A DNA stretch of 64,000 nt, from NCBI GenBank assembly GCA_951406725.2, contig OX597841.1, forward strand, positions 5,208,001 through 5,272,000. Direction: 5' to 3'. Both the position numbers and the translations under genes were made by a program. The notes under the pieces are model-generated. The model was not told where the DNA came from. It was given only the letters and a program-made list of their open reading frames with translations, and did not search any database. This stretch comes from Octopus vulgaris (taxonomy: Eukaryota). Below, one piece after another: positions 12,300 to 25,486 of the stretch (the stretch's first letter is position 1; each line of letters starts with the position of its first letter).

Positions 12300-13600
12300 T
12301 TTTCCAGTCTATTTTTGTTGTGGCTAATCTGTATATTTCATGGTGTCATTCAACCTTAACTAAAATTTCATGACACAATCTAAAACAGTGATATGGAATA
12401 CACGAAACGCACTACAATATTAGGTCGGTCACCTTTGGTCCCCATTCTTCATCAGTTTAATTACTTAGAAAAACACATTTAAAGTGAGAATGGTACGTCT
12501 TTTGTTTTTTGTTTTGACTCATGTAAAGCTTCTTCAGAATAATATTCGGAATGATGTCACCGACTTTTATTGTACCTTCCGACTCTATTCAGTCGATGAG
12601 ATTTTGTAGATAAAGAAAATGTACAGAATTGCCTTGTGTTTGTATTTCAAGTAAAATTTTCAGTTTCGGAAAAGTTAACCATGGCTATTTGTATATTCAT
12701 AAATAAAAGTTTTAGGAATAATGCGTATATATTTTTTAGGTGTTTATAGACCCTAATTCAGTCGATGAGATTTTGTAGATAAAGAAAATGTACAGAATTG
12801 CCTTTTGTTTGTATTTCAAGTAAAATTTTCAGTTTCGGAAAAGTTAACCATGACTGTTTGTATATTCATAAATAAAAGTTTTAGGAATAATGCGTATATA
12901 TTTTTTAGGTGTTTATAGACCCTGAATCAGTCGATCAGATTTTGTAGATAAAAAAAATGTACAGAATTGCCTTGTGTTTGTATTTCAAGTAAAATTTTCA
13001 GTTTCGGAAAAGTTAACCATGACTGTTTGTATATTCATAAATAAAAGTTTTAGGAATAATGCGTATATATTTTTAGGTGTTTATAACTACAAAACAATAG
13101 GAATAAATAAAAGTTTTAGGAATAATGCGTATATATTTTTTAGGTGTTTATAACTACAAAACAAGTACGTTCCGTCGTTTTTGTTTCCTAGTCGGTTTTT
13201 AATAATTTCTATCGCGAAAGTGTATATTTCAGATTGAATGGCGTCATGAAATTTATTTTTGTTGTAATTGAAGATATTTCACTAGAAACAGATTTATGTA
13301 GCATCACAGGTAAGACATAATAATGCAGGTATTTTAGTAAAAGTATTTGGACTTGTATAATGTAAAGCGTTTTGATGTTGCTTGTCAGACTAATGTAATA
13401 ATTGTAATTATATTCCCCACCTCTAAAACTGAATATTTTTAATTATTGTCACCGGTTTTTATTTAATAAGTCCAGTGGTTATTTGTAAATAGAATTTTCA
13501 ACAAATACCATTCAGATGGTGTATATTACGATTTTACTGTAATTTCAAGGTGTGGGCGAAAAATAAAGGTGGTGATCATTTTGCACATTTCATGAAAATA
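12300..13600 (+). promoter_or_regulatory. ZNF-B promoter/non-coding exon-1 module with internal 169-bp triplication
   Basis: Inverted homologue of 11060-11700; units start at 12587, 12756 and 12925; donor CAG|GTAAGA at 13310. Confidence 0.6.
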
Positions 13601-13607
13601 AATAATA

Positions 13608-14410
13608 GAATTACGGATGTGTACTTGCATAGCAAGTGACTTGATCTGAGATCGTGTGCTGAAATGAAAGCAATTGCAGCGTGGAAGGTGTTTGTAAGCC
13701 ATTTAAGAAACACACAAAAGCCGTTCGATTCACTTCAACATTTAAGTTTAATTTGTCAAAATATTTTCGTCGCTTCAAGACCGCGACCTGTTCACTGACA
13801 AAAATCCGTGCTGCATCTCAGTAAATTTAGTCTTGACGTTTGTCCCTTCTTTAGGTTTAGTGCTTCGACTGTATGGTAAATCCTTTTCGGGTAAACCTTC
13901 AGTGAGATGCAGTGTCTAATGAAATGAAGTTGTTGCTTAGCTGTTATTCTTCTCAAGCAACAAGTAACGGCTGTCCTCAGAGTTTTGGTAGCCTGGCTCA
14001 AGCTTTCGGAATTACGGAGATGTACTTGCATAGCAAGTGACTTAATATGAGATCGTGTACTGAAAGAAAAACAACTGCAGCGTGGAAGGTGTTTGTAAGC
14101 CATTTAAGAAACACACAAAAGCCGTTCGATTCACTTCAACATTTAAGTTTAATTTGCCAAAATATTTTCGTTCCTTTTAAGACCGCGACCTCTTCACTGA
14201 CAAAAATCCATGCTGAATAAGGTTTATATATATATATATATAATTGCAGCGTGGAAGGTGTTTATAAGCCATTTAAGAAACACACAAAAGCCGTTCGATT
14301 CACTTCAATATTTAAGTTTAATTTGTCAAAATATTTTCGTTCCTTTTAAGACCGCGACCTCTTCACTGACAAAAATCCGTGCTGCATCTGAGAAAGTAAC
14401 AGTTAGTTCG
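13608..14410 (-). mobile_element. Internally deleted Penelope-like element (terminal repeats plus ORF N-terminus)
   Basis: Direct repeats at 13608-13820 and 14010-14210, plus a further unit to 14410; enclosed ORF from ATG 14031 reads QQLHFIRHCISLKVYP, resembling the PLE N-terminal F-x-x-x-C-x5-P motif; hammerhead-like motif in the repeats. Confidence 0.65.
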
Positions 14411-14804
14411 TTATATATATGTACGTATGTATGCACGCTTGTATGCATGCATGTATGTATGTACGTGCATACGCCTGTGTGTATGTATGTATAATAGAAT
14501 TGAGGTTTGTGAATTATCCGACCCCGCATTTAAGGCTGTTTTCACATCAGATACCCGCATAATCGTAATGGTCACTACTTGCAACAAGTATGTGGAAAAG
14601 ATTTTCTGGAAAATATCCTTATCTCAGAAAGCTTTGAGGAGAGAAACCGAAATTCCTCTACACATTTCCGAAAGCAATTTTCACGACATATTTCGATATA
14701 ACACCAATCCGTATCATCGAGCATATATATCTCTGGGAAATTGTAAGAAAGTTATGAAGAAACACATTTATTGGGGCACACATCGGTTTAAACAGTATGG
14801 TTAA

Positions 14805-15227
14805 TTACTCTACTCTTTTACTCTTTTACTTGTCTCAGTCGTTTGACTGCGGCCATGCTGGAGCACCGCCTTTAGTCGAGCAAATCGACCCTGGGACTTA
14901 TTCTTTGTAAGCCCAGTACTTATTCTATCGGCCTCTTTTGCCGAACCGCTAAGTGACGGGGACATAAACACACCAGCATCGGTTGTCAAGCAGTGCTAGG
15001 GGGACAAACACAGACACACAAACATACACACACACACACACTTATATATATATATATATATATACATATATACGACAGGCTTCTTTCAGTTTCCGTCTAC
15101 CAAATCCACTCACAAGGCATTGGTCGGCCCGGGGCTATAGCAGAAGACACTTGCCCAAGATGCCACGCAGTGGGACTGAACCCGGAACCATGTGGTTGGT
15201 TAGCAAGCTACTTACCACACAGCCACG
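14805..15227 (-). mobile_element. SINE family A
   Basis: tRNA head, CORE-like CTTGGGCAAGTGTCTT, GACTGARACAAGTAAAAGAG tail. Confidence 0.9.
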
Positions 15228-15631
15228 AATGTTTATTTTAAACCATTCTCTAAATTACGATTAATGATTTTATAGAAATGCGTTTTAGAAGTTAGTTTCT
15301 GATTATGAACGGGTAATAATTGGTTAAACACTGTGAAAATATGTTAAAATATTTATCTTTGGATGTTTTTAAAACAGTCAAATTGTCAACCGAACGCCTA
15401 CACATATTTGACATTTCAGAAACTGACCGTGTGAATTATTGGTTATTAAACATGAAAACATCTTTATTGATAAAACGAATCGAACTCAATCCTTATTTAT
15501 TTTGATGTATTATGGTATTAATAACAGAACCGCTATAGTTAGTGTGATGTAAGCAATCCATTTTTGCATTATTTACACCTTAAAAATGTGAAAGAGAGGT
15601 GGGGACAAACACAAATGCAGACACTCGCCTA

Positions 15632-15671
<40 letters not shown>

Positions 15672-15716
15672 ATGATAAATCTCAGAGCGAGTTATAAACA
15701 GTAGCGGTAACACATT

Positions 15717-15870
15717 GTGACGCATATTTGCCATTTGAATATGGCTAACCCCTAAGGGTGGATGCTACTGTAGTTTGTAGCCCCAGGAGGAAATATCTTC
15801 CTGGGGCTACAAACTACAGTAGCATCCACCCTTAGGGGTTAGCCATATTCAAATGGCAAATATGCGTCAC
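15717..15870. repeat. Near-perfect 154-bp fold-back palindrome flanked by (TA)n
   Basis: GTGACGCATATTTGCC...CCCCAGGA / TCCTGGGG...GGCAAATATGCGTCAC. Confidence 0.95.
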
Positions 15871-15997
15871 TATATATATATATACACACTTATATATATA
15901 CATACATATATTGATGTAAGAATAAGTTGTTCTATAAAGCTCGAAACATATGTACAGCAACATCCTTTGTGTCCTATTTTTCATTTTATTTCGTTTG

Positions 15998-16028
<31 letters not shown>

Positions 16029-16581
16029 TATGTATTATGCATTGTGGCATAACCACAGATGTATACCGCCCCCAACTTTGTTGCCATATAACTTTCAGAA
16101 AAATGGATAATTTTTAACTGTTCAGGTAAATGTTTATTTCTATAATATAAGAAATATTCTAGAATTTCTATTGCTTTATTTTAAGTGTCTGCTATATCTT
16201 ATTCTGTTTTTTTCTCTACTGTTTCAGAATAACAAATGACATTGGCATCTAAGAATGGTATACATCATCAATTTCCTTGTTTAAAGACTCAAAAGAAAAT
16301 CTTGTGCAGAACACATATAACTCTGCTTATATAAATCTTTGGAATATTACAGCCAAACATTTTCTCCTGAACTCAGATTGATAACAACAACTGCTTTCTT
16401 GACTGTCTGGAATGTGTCCAAGATTATTTTGCATCTGAAACGAACTTCAGTGGATTTATAAAGGGATTTGCAACCTTCATGATATATCAGCAAAGATCAC
16501 AGTAGTATAAATATTTATTAGCAATAAAATATATAAAAGTGAAGAAGATAAACACCTGGAAATTGTAGTGAGGAAAGAACA

Positions 16582-17451
16582 ATGATGGAAAATGAATTAT
16601 GTGAGAATAAGTTTGAATCTAAATTACAGATTGGAAGCATTGGTTTTTCCAGTGATATAAAGGAGGAGAAACTGAAACCATCCTATCACTGTGATACCTG
16701 TGGTAAATCATTTTCTCAAAGTGGTGCTTTAAGTAAACACAAACGTATTCACACAGGAGAGAAACCATATTGCTGTAATATTTGTGGTAAATCATTCACT
16801 CAAAGTGGCTGCTTAGTTGTACACAAACGAAGTCATACTGGAGAAAAACCATATCCCTGTGATATCTGTGGTAAATCATTCTCCCAAACCTGTCAATTAA
16901 CTCGACACAAACGCATTCACACAGGAGAAAAACCCTATCATTGTGATATCTGTGGTAAATCCTTTTGCGATAGTGGTGATTTAACTAAACACAAACATAT
17001 CCATACTGTAGAGAAACTATATCACTGTGATATGTGTGGTAAATCATTCTCTCGAAGTAGCTACTTAACATTACATACACGTATTCACACGGGAGAGAAA
17101 CCATATCCCTGTGATATTTGTGGTAAATCCTTCTGCCATAGCGGTGATTTAACTAAACACAAAAGAAGTCATACAGGTGAGAAACCATATCACTGTGATA
17201 CCTGTGGTAAATCATTCTCTCAAAGTAGTCACTTATCATTGCACAAGCGTATTCACACAGGTGAGAAAACATATCACTGTGATATCTGTGGTAAACCAGT
17301 TTCTGAAGTTGGTAAGTTACCTAGACACACACGTATTCACACAGGAGAGAAATCATATCACTGTGATATCTGTGTTAAATCATTCTCTCAAAGTAATCAC
17401 TTAGCATTGCACAGACGTATTTACAAAGCCGTGAAACCATATTTCTGGTAA
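16582..17451 (+). CDS. C2H2 zinc-finger protein ZNF-B, 8 intact fingers + 1 degenerate, 289 aa
   Basis: C2H2 repeats with TGEKPY linkers; leader and first two fingers almost identical to ZNF-C. Confidence 0.9.
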   Translation: MMENELCENKFESKLQIGSIGFSSDIKEEKLKPSYHCDTCGKSFSQSGALSKHKRIHTGEKPYCCNICGKSFTQSGCLVVHKRSHTGEKPYPCDICGKSFSQTCQLTRHKRIHTGEKPYHCDICGKSFCDSGDLTKHKHIHTVEKLYHCDMCGKSFSRSSYLTLHTRIHTGEKPYPCDICGKSFCHSGDLTKHKRSHTGEKPYHCDTCGKSFSQSSHLSLHKRIHTGEKTYHCDICGKPVSEVGKLPRHTRIHTGEKSYHCDICVKSFSQSNHLALHRRIYKAVKPYFW

Positions 17452-17464
17452 ATAATTTCCTTGA

Positions 17465-18157
<693 letters not shown>

Positions 18158-18489
18158 ATTCTCTCAAAGTAGTTGTTTAACATTACGCAAATATATTCAC
18201 ACAAGATAATACCCATATCCCTGTCATATCTGTGCTAAATTATTCTCTCGAAATGGTCACTTAACATTACACAAATGTATTCACACGAGATAATAGACGT
18301 GTCATTGTCGTATCTGTGGTAAATCATTCTTTCAAAATGATTGCTTAGCTAAATCATAGAAGAAAGAAGCTGTATCCATGTGATATCGGTGGTAAATCAT
18401 TCTCTTGATTTAACTAAGTACATATTTATTCATAAGAAATATTGGATTTCTAAATCTCTCATAGAGACATGTACGGTGGTGGGGCGATA

Positions 18490-18744
18490 GAATGGTTGTA
18501 TACTGTCAATCTAACAAGAACGTGACAGTAGGGGGTACACCACCGTTGTATAGCCCTAGGAGGCATCGAACGCCTCCTGATAGCTTTGACACATTTTTTT
18601 CCCTGTGTTCTTATATACATATAAGGACACAGGGAAAAAATGTGTCGAAGCTATCAGGAGGCGTTCGATGCTTCCTAGGGCTATACAACGGTGGTGTACC
18701 CCCTACTGTCACGTTCTTGTTAGATTGACAGTATACAACCATTC
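18490..18744. repeat. 255-bp fold-back palindrome (element begins ~18445)
   Basis: GAATGGTTGTATACTGTC... mirrored by ...GACAGTATACAACCATTC; shorter sibling at 42748-42901. Confidence 0.95.
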
Positions 18745-18946
18745 CATATTTATTCATACAGGAGAGAAACCATATCAGTGTGTTATCTGTGGCAGCTCCT
18801 TCCCTCAAAGGAATCACTTAAACAAAGCATATAGTTATTCATATGCTACAGTATATCACTATATCAGTGTGAAAATTCAGGTTGTCAAAGATTGTTTCAA
18901 TAAATGATGAATTTATCTTGTACAGTATTTAGTATGTCTTTATTCG

Positions 18947-19287
18947 TGGAGGTGCAATTGGCCCAGTGGTCTGGGCAGCGGACTCGTGGTTCGGTGTTGT
19001 GAGTGTTTATTGAGTGAAAACAACTAAGACAGTGGGTGGTGGCGAACCCTGCTGTAGTCTTTCACCACAACTTTCTCTTGCCCTTTTTTCATGTCTCTGT
19101 TGTACCTGTATTTCAAAGGGGCCAGCCTTGTCACACTCTGTGTCATGTTGAATCTCCTCGAGAACTACGTTAAGGGTACACGTGTCTGTGGAGTGCTCAG
19201 CCATCTATAGGTCAATTTCACGAGCTGGCTGTTCCATTGATCGGATCAACTGGAACCCTCATCGTCATAGTAACCGATGGAGTGCCA
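18947..19287 (+). mobile_element. SINE family C, diverged
   Basis: TGGAGGTGCAATTGGCCCAGTGG head; body matches the 7171-7557 copy. Confidence 0.8.
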
Positions 19288-19489
19288 AAGAAGATAACCT
19301 TATTTGCCATTATTGCCCAAATTCCTGCTCTGAGTTATTTTTCTTAGCACTTTTTTTACTTTATTTTTCTTTTGTATGTATTGTGTATATGTTGGCATGG
19401 AGACATCATTTGACACCACCCCTCAGTCTCATATCTTGTGGTTGCTGCTAAAGCTGGGGTTTTTGCAGGTATATCTAGAGAAGAAATAA

Positions 19490-19892
19490 TAACATGACAT
19501 AAACAACAGGTGTCTTTTGACTAAGGACGAATTAAATTAAGTTGGCGTGTGTGAAAATGAAGCCTTACGGCAGGGATACAAGATTCCACAGGCACAGGGA
19601 GGAATATAGATGTTGCACGGACAACGGCCAGACCAAGAAAGAAAGAACAGGCTTGGCTGAACACCGGTCATGTGGGAAGAGAGGACAGAGAAGTAGAAGC
19701 AGAGGGGCAGAAGAATTAAGGAACCTCAAGTATAATCAGCCGAAATTGCAAAGATAATCTGGTACTTGACTGAGGAAAGAAAACTTCGAATGACCGGTCC
19801 TTGTTTTCTTTGTATCGTCTATCTGGGTGTTTTGTTGTCCCATTTTTATATCACCTAACTGTCTGGATGCTTTGCGTTCTTTTCCCATTTTG

Positions 19893-19925
<33 letters not shown>

Positions 19926-20125
19926 GCAACGTACGTACACTTTGGTCTCATATATATATAGTTAATCCAAACAAGAAAGCACAAAAACACACAACAACAT
20001 GAGGACGTGGAACAAATATAGTATTATTGGACGCTCAGGAAAGAAGGAGGGTTTAACGTTTCGAGCGGAGCTCTTCGTTGGAAACATAGGAGAAGGGAAG
20101 ACAGAGGAAAAAAAATCGCCAACAA
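19490..20125. mobile_element. Decayed Penelope-like fragments (GIY-YIG-like C-terminus on +; terminal motif on -)
   Basis: RHREEY...NGQTKKERTGLAEH resembles PLE endonuclease R-x-x-EH...SALAEH; rc 20055-20085 ACGAAGAGCTCCGCTCGAAACGTT is a hammerhead-like remnant. Confidence 0.45.
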
Positions 20126-20134
20126 TATATATAT

Positions 20135-20295
20135 ATATGACAGGCTTCTTTCAGTTTCTGTCTACCAAATCCACTCACAAGGCTTTGGTCAGCCCGAGGC
20201 TATAGTAGAAGACACTTGCCCAAGGTGCCACACAATGAGACTGAACCCAGAGCCATGTGGATGGTAAGCAAGCTACTTACCACACAGCCACTCCT
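20135..20295 (-). mobile_element. SINE family A head fragment
   Basis: Matches the family A 5' half. Confidence 0.8.
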
Positions 20296-20656
20296 TAAAT
20301 TTATAATGTTGACCAAAGACTTTTCTTCTCAGCAGAACAGGATACACACACACACACACATTCAATTTCATGGATACATAAATGCACACAAGTACACAGT
20401 ACACACACACACACAGTTTCTATTTATTTATATGTATTCGATACCTCGGCATTTTACGCACCCAACTTCAAATACTGAAATATCTCCTTTGCAATGACCT
20501 CATTGCTATTATTTATTTTGCAAGCAGTGATAACGGGGCCAGCCCCCCCCTCCCCCCCATGATCTGGCATACCCTGACTTAGTCACTCTTAATTCGGCCC
20601 TGTAATGCAACAGGAATGTCATGTGCACATATAATTTCGAGATAAAATACTGTCTG

Positions 20657-20689
<33 letters not shown>

Positions 20690-22189
20690 TCACTTTCAGC
20701 AGATTAAATTTACACATACCCTCCCACCACACACACACACACACAACAAGAGGGATGATGAAATTAACTTACCCCTTCCCCTTCAAAAGGATTGTTGGCC
20801 TTGTACCAAAATTTGAATCCAGTTATATATATATATATACTAGCATTATGACCCGTCGTTGCTGGGTCATAGTGCTAGTGCATGTATATATGTGTACATA
20901 TTACATGTACATCTATATATATACATCTACACATAAAATACAAAATTCACCGTCTTTGTCGGTGATCAATCCGTATTTCTTCCATTTTAATTTCAATGAG
21001 TTCGCGCCCACCGACAGCTGCAGCGAAATTCATTTTTGGACTTTCTTCTATCGAAGGCATTCTAACAAAAATGCTTCCGTGTAAGCGGTGAAAATATTGT
21101 CAATTTCCTCAAATAGGGACACAATTCAATTTTTAAACAATAACCAAAGCTCCTTCTCCCAAAGGGAGAGGGTTACAGTTTACAATTATTTAACAAATGC
21201 AACACAACAATGTTTCCTTTACGAGGAACCAACAAACGTGATAAAAATAGTTAAACAGTAATAATAATAACAACAAACCTTACGATGAATCAGAAAGCAG
21301 TAAGCAGTTGAAGCTTTAGTCCTTTATGTATAAGAAATAAACCAACAGCAGTACTCTGTAGAACCGGCTGTTCGAGAAAATAGATTTTACATACAGCCAA
21401 ACTTCATATAGATACTTAATGCTAGCTAATTAACAGATAATCTAATGTAAAAGCACAGCTCCATCTGGACTATTCCATTTCTGCATGCTAATTTTATTTG
21501 TAATTTATTCCCATTCATGTGAAACCACTTATTCAAGTTCAAGTCATTGATGCAATTTTATACCAATTGCTATTTTTACTTTTGTTATGTTACGATTATA
21601 TTATACTTTAGTTTGATTTTAATTATTACTTACTACATATAATTCAATTATTATTATTATTTTTATTGTTAAAGTGAAAGTATCTGACATAAAATAGAGA
21701 AATGTTTTTGTTTCACTTTTAACACGTAATACTGAAATAGTGGAGAAGATATGATATTGCTATGGGCTCGCTCTAGGCAAAAAGTTGAACATTTTTTTTT
21801 TGCCCATGAAACTACATGAACCCTAAGTAAGGCATGTGTAAAATTTGAATGAAATTGGTTGTGTAGTTCTCAAGTTTTAGGGAATCGTAGTGGAGAAGAT
21901 ATGATATTGCTGTGGGCTCGCCCTAGGCAAAAAGTTAAAAAATTTTTTGCCGATGACACTCCCTTCCAGTCAAACCGTCCAACCCATGCCAGCATAATCA
22001 ACAGACGTGAAATGATGATGTATACATATATATATATATATAATATCACATGACCGACCAGTCCATCAGATGTAGTTTCACATCGCTGGTCACAATGCGT
22101 TCGCATTGTTTTAGCCTTCGAATGACGCCACCCCACTGGCTAAGCGAGCAGGCCAACAGAAGAAAGAGTGGTGATAGAGTACAGCAAGG

Positions 22190-22437
22190 ATATATATATA
22201 TATATATGTATATGTACATATATATATATATATATGTACATATATATATATATATATGTATGTACATATGTATATATATATATGTACATATACATATATA
22301 TATATATGTATTAATATATATATTATATATATATATATATGTACATATACATTATATATATATGTACATATATATATATATATATGTACATATACATATA
22401 TATATATATGTACATATACATATATATATATATGTAC

Positions 22438-22480
<43 letters not shown>

Positions 22481-22483
22481 TAT

Positions 22484-22517
<34 letters not shown>

Positions 22518-22789
22518 ATATATATGTACATATACATATATGTACATATACATATATATATGTACATATACATATATATATATATATATATATGTACATA
22601 TACATATATATATATATGTACATATACATATATATATATATGTACATATACATATATATATATGTGTACATATATATATATATGTACATATATATATGTA
22701 CATATACATATATATATATATATATGTACATATACATATATATATATATATATATATGTACATATACATATATATATATATATATGTAC

Positions 22790-22837
<48 letters not shown>

Positions 22838-22848
22838 TTGTATATATA
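22190..22848. repeat. Compound (TA)n microsatellite punctuated by TGTACATATACA
   Basis: ~660 bp of low complexity; explains the Y/I-rich ORFs. Confidence 0.97.
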
Positions 22849-23095
22849 GTTTAGTCATGTTTTTAGAAAAAGAAAGACGGAGATAGTTCTTTGTCTTCAC
22901 AAGACATTCAAAAACAGATTTTATTGTTCTGTTGTTGATATGTCTTTGTGGCCATACCTGACACTCTAAACTACGAAAACACTTTGCTGCACTTTGAATC
23001 TCTAAAGATATTTCTGAACCGAATGTCCCATCTCCTTTCCTTGCACTCCTCACTTGTATTAAGGATTCAACCCTTACAAAGACAACCTTCCACAA

Positions 23096-23330
23096 ATACT
23101 CTTTTACTTGTTTCAGTCATTTGACTGTGGCCATGCTGGAGCACCACCTTTAATAACGGGAGTTATTCTTTTGTAAGCCCAGTACTTATTCTATCGGTCT
23201 CTTTTAATTTATCGACCCCGAAAGGATGAAAGGCAAAGTCGACCTCGGCGGAATTTGAACTCACAACGTAACGGCAGACGAAATACCGCTAAGCATTTCG
23301 CCCGACGTGCTAACGATTCTGCCATTCGCA
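23096..23330 (-). mobile_element. Fused SINE B head/body and SINE A tail
   Basis: rc GCCTTTCATCCTTTCGGGGTCGATAAATTAA (Nin-like domain) joined to the family A tail. Confidence 0.7.
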
Positions 23331-23502
23331 CTTCACACTCCGTTTTCTCTACAAAATACGGAAAAAAGCCGACGTTTGTTAAGAATACAATGCAAGGGAA
23401 GTAACTCTCTCTATATCTGTATCAGTTGATCGTAAACTTTCTTTCAACTTCGGTTGGTAGAGTTTCGAATATTTTATCTTTCCCTTGTCTCCGTCATTGC
23501 AG

Positions 23503-23870
23503 TGGAGCTATGCTGTGGTACCAATTTCTTTATTACACGCAAGGGGCGAAATACAGCCTGATTGGGGTCAGACACACAATGATTATATGACTTTTAAAAT
23601 TTTACTAAATATAATGAAATCGAATGAGATTCAACAAGGACAAAATACAAACGAGATGAAGCAGAGAGATGGGTCACACTCCGACCCCACGAGCCCCATT
23701 CTCCTACTGGAACCCTTGTATAGACTTATGACATGTTTACGAGGAATCTTTCATTCCCAGAACCCTCGCAACATGCAACCATCTTTCTTTGACAGGCATC
23801 TTCTCTCCAGTCTCGACTTCCTTTTAAGGTGGAAGATAAAAAAAATCTCACCAACCCTGTCTGTGGTCAA
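23503..23870 (-). mobile_element. L1/Tx1-like LINE 3' end
   Basis: rc FHLKRKSRLERRCLS..ERWLHVARVLGMK, homologous to KRWMRVARMLGVK at ~39070; tail GTAATAAAGAAA. Confidence 0.55.
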
Positions 23871-23904
23871 TATAGGAGGTCTACTCAGTCTAGATGAGCT
23901 CTGA

Positions 23905-24590
23905 TCTCCATCGCACAAAGAGTGGGAGCAGACGTCCGTAGGGGAATGAGATGCCGCTGTGGTAGGCCTCTCAACCCCACGGGGTCTTAATGGTCTGTCT
24001 TGCCGCCTAAATGCTGGTCGCTTCGCTCGTCACGCCGAGATAAGCCTTATCAAGCGAGCCCTGGCACGGATTAATATCCCCTCAGTTCTGGAGCCATCGG
24101 GTTTATCCAGAAGTGATGGAAAAAAACCAGATGGTCTTACCTCTGTCCCTTGGTCAAAGGTAGGACGTTACAGTCCCCTGAGAATTTTGCACTAGCTGAA
24201 AGTAGGCGACACCTTGAAAATTGATCAGATTAATCAAGGAAAAGAGTTGAAAAGTGGTACCTGAACGCAGATTATCCCATACTTTCTTTCCGTCTATCCT
24301 CCACTACAACTGGAACTGACAAACCCAGCTCTCACAACTGTGATAGAGCTTCATCTATCCTTGTTGGAGAGGATAGGATCAAAGGGGAGCAAGCGTGGAT
24401 GGGGGAAAGAAAACAGGGAAGATATAAAGACGAACACTTGCGCAGGCCTAGACCCCCGAACCGTTTGGGCAAGGCAGCTTGGTCGCGGTTTGACATTGAA
24501 CAAGCATTCGAGTTTCCTGAAGATTAGGTCGTCAAAGCATTGGTGGGACGACAGGAATATCTGTAAGAGGGACTAACTCTCAGAAAATAC
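23905..24590. mobile_element. CRE-clade non-LTR retrotransposon fragment with internal inversion
   Basis: Plus 23905-24169: [19 protein letters not shown]...[22 protein letters not shown] (zinc knuckle + RLE); minus 24170-24590: QAALPKRFGGLGLR...[12 protein letters not shown]. Confidence 0.8.
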
Positions 24591-24914
24591 AATAGCTTAG
24601 AAATTGACAAGTAATCTGGCTCTTTGTATTCGAAGTCCAAATTTCGCTGATTTCTTTACCAAATATGTTTTCAGCTGAATAATCGTGCGCACAGATACGT
24701 ACACCCATAGCTTTCATATCTAGGGGCTAGTGGAAGAGTGAAACACTCATATGTTATGCATACACATAAATACACTTTCTTTTTATATTTTCACGAATCG
24801 TTCGCGATACTATCTCCGAAGAAAACTTCACTAAAAAAATATCCATTTTCCTGAAAGTTAAACCGAAATGAATTGGACCCCGAATTTTCTGAAACTTCCC
24901 CACCTCACTCCTCC

Positions 24915-25059
24915 TAAAACATTAGTCACAAAAAAATTACGGAAAAGAGCAAAAATATCTTTGTCATTTCGAATAAACAATTCACGAGATGAGAACACGA
25001 AACATACCACTATCTTAAGGGTTAGTAGAACTTTACGAAAATATTTAGAGGCCCTGAAA
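24915..25059 (-). pseudogene. Relic of an H3 gene 3' end (half stem-loop + downstream flank)
   Basis: rc TTTCAGGGCCTCTAAATATTTTCGTAAAG...CCCTTAAGATAGTGGTATGTTTCGTG matches 30200-30330. Confidence 0.8.
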
Positions 25060-25098
25060 TATACAAAAAAAAAATTTGTATATTCGGAATCTACACAT

Positions 25099-25486
25099 AG
25101 ACGCAGGAGTGGCTGTGTGGTAAGTAGCTTGCTAACCAACCACATGGTTCCGGGTTCAGTCCCACTGCGTGGCATCTTGGGAAATTGTCTTCTGCTATAG
25201 CCCCGGGCCGACCAATGCCTTGTGAGTGGATTTGGTAGACGGAAACTGAAAGAAGCCTGTCGTATATGTATGTGTGTGTATGTGTTTGTGTGTCTGTGTT
25301 TGTCTCCCTAGCATTGCTTGACAACCGATGCTGGTGTGTTTACGTCCCCGTCACTTAGCGGTTCGGCAAAAGAGACCGATAGAATAGTACTGGGCTTACA
25401 AAAGAATAAGTCCCGGGGTCGATTTGCTCGATTAAAGGCGGTGCTCCAGCATGGCCGCAGTCAAATGACTGAAACAAGTAAAAGAG
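25099..25486 (+). mobile_element. SINE family A, full length
   Basis: A box TGGCTGTGTGG, B box GGTTCAGTCCC, CORE-like block, tail. Confidence 0.9.

Larger units (their letters stand above)
13310..16227 (+). other. 5'UTR intron of ZNF-B
   Basis: GTAAGA at 13310; TTTTTCTCTACTGTTTCAG acceptor ending at 16227. Confidence 0.7.

Noticed and set aside
15925-15965. GCTCGAAACATATGTACAGC as a hammerhead
   Set aside because: The GAAAC-palindrome half is present but the CUGANGA half and stem II are missing; at best a decayed remnant
19765-19800. CTGAGGA-AAG(AAAA)CTT-CGAA as an intact hammerhead
   Set aside because: GAAA and stems I/III do not form convincingly
22046-23095. Long Y/I/H-rich ORFs
   Set aside because: Artefacts of the (TA)n compound microsatellite
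25099-25175. tRNA-like A/B boxes at SINE heads as tRNA genes
   Set aside because: No full cloverleaf seen; always continuous with SINE bodies
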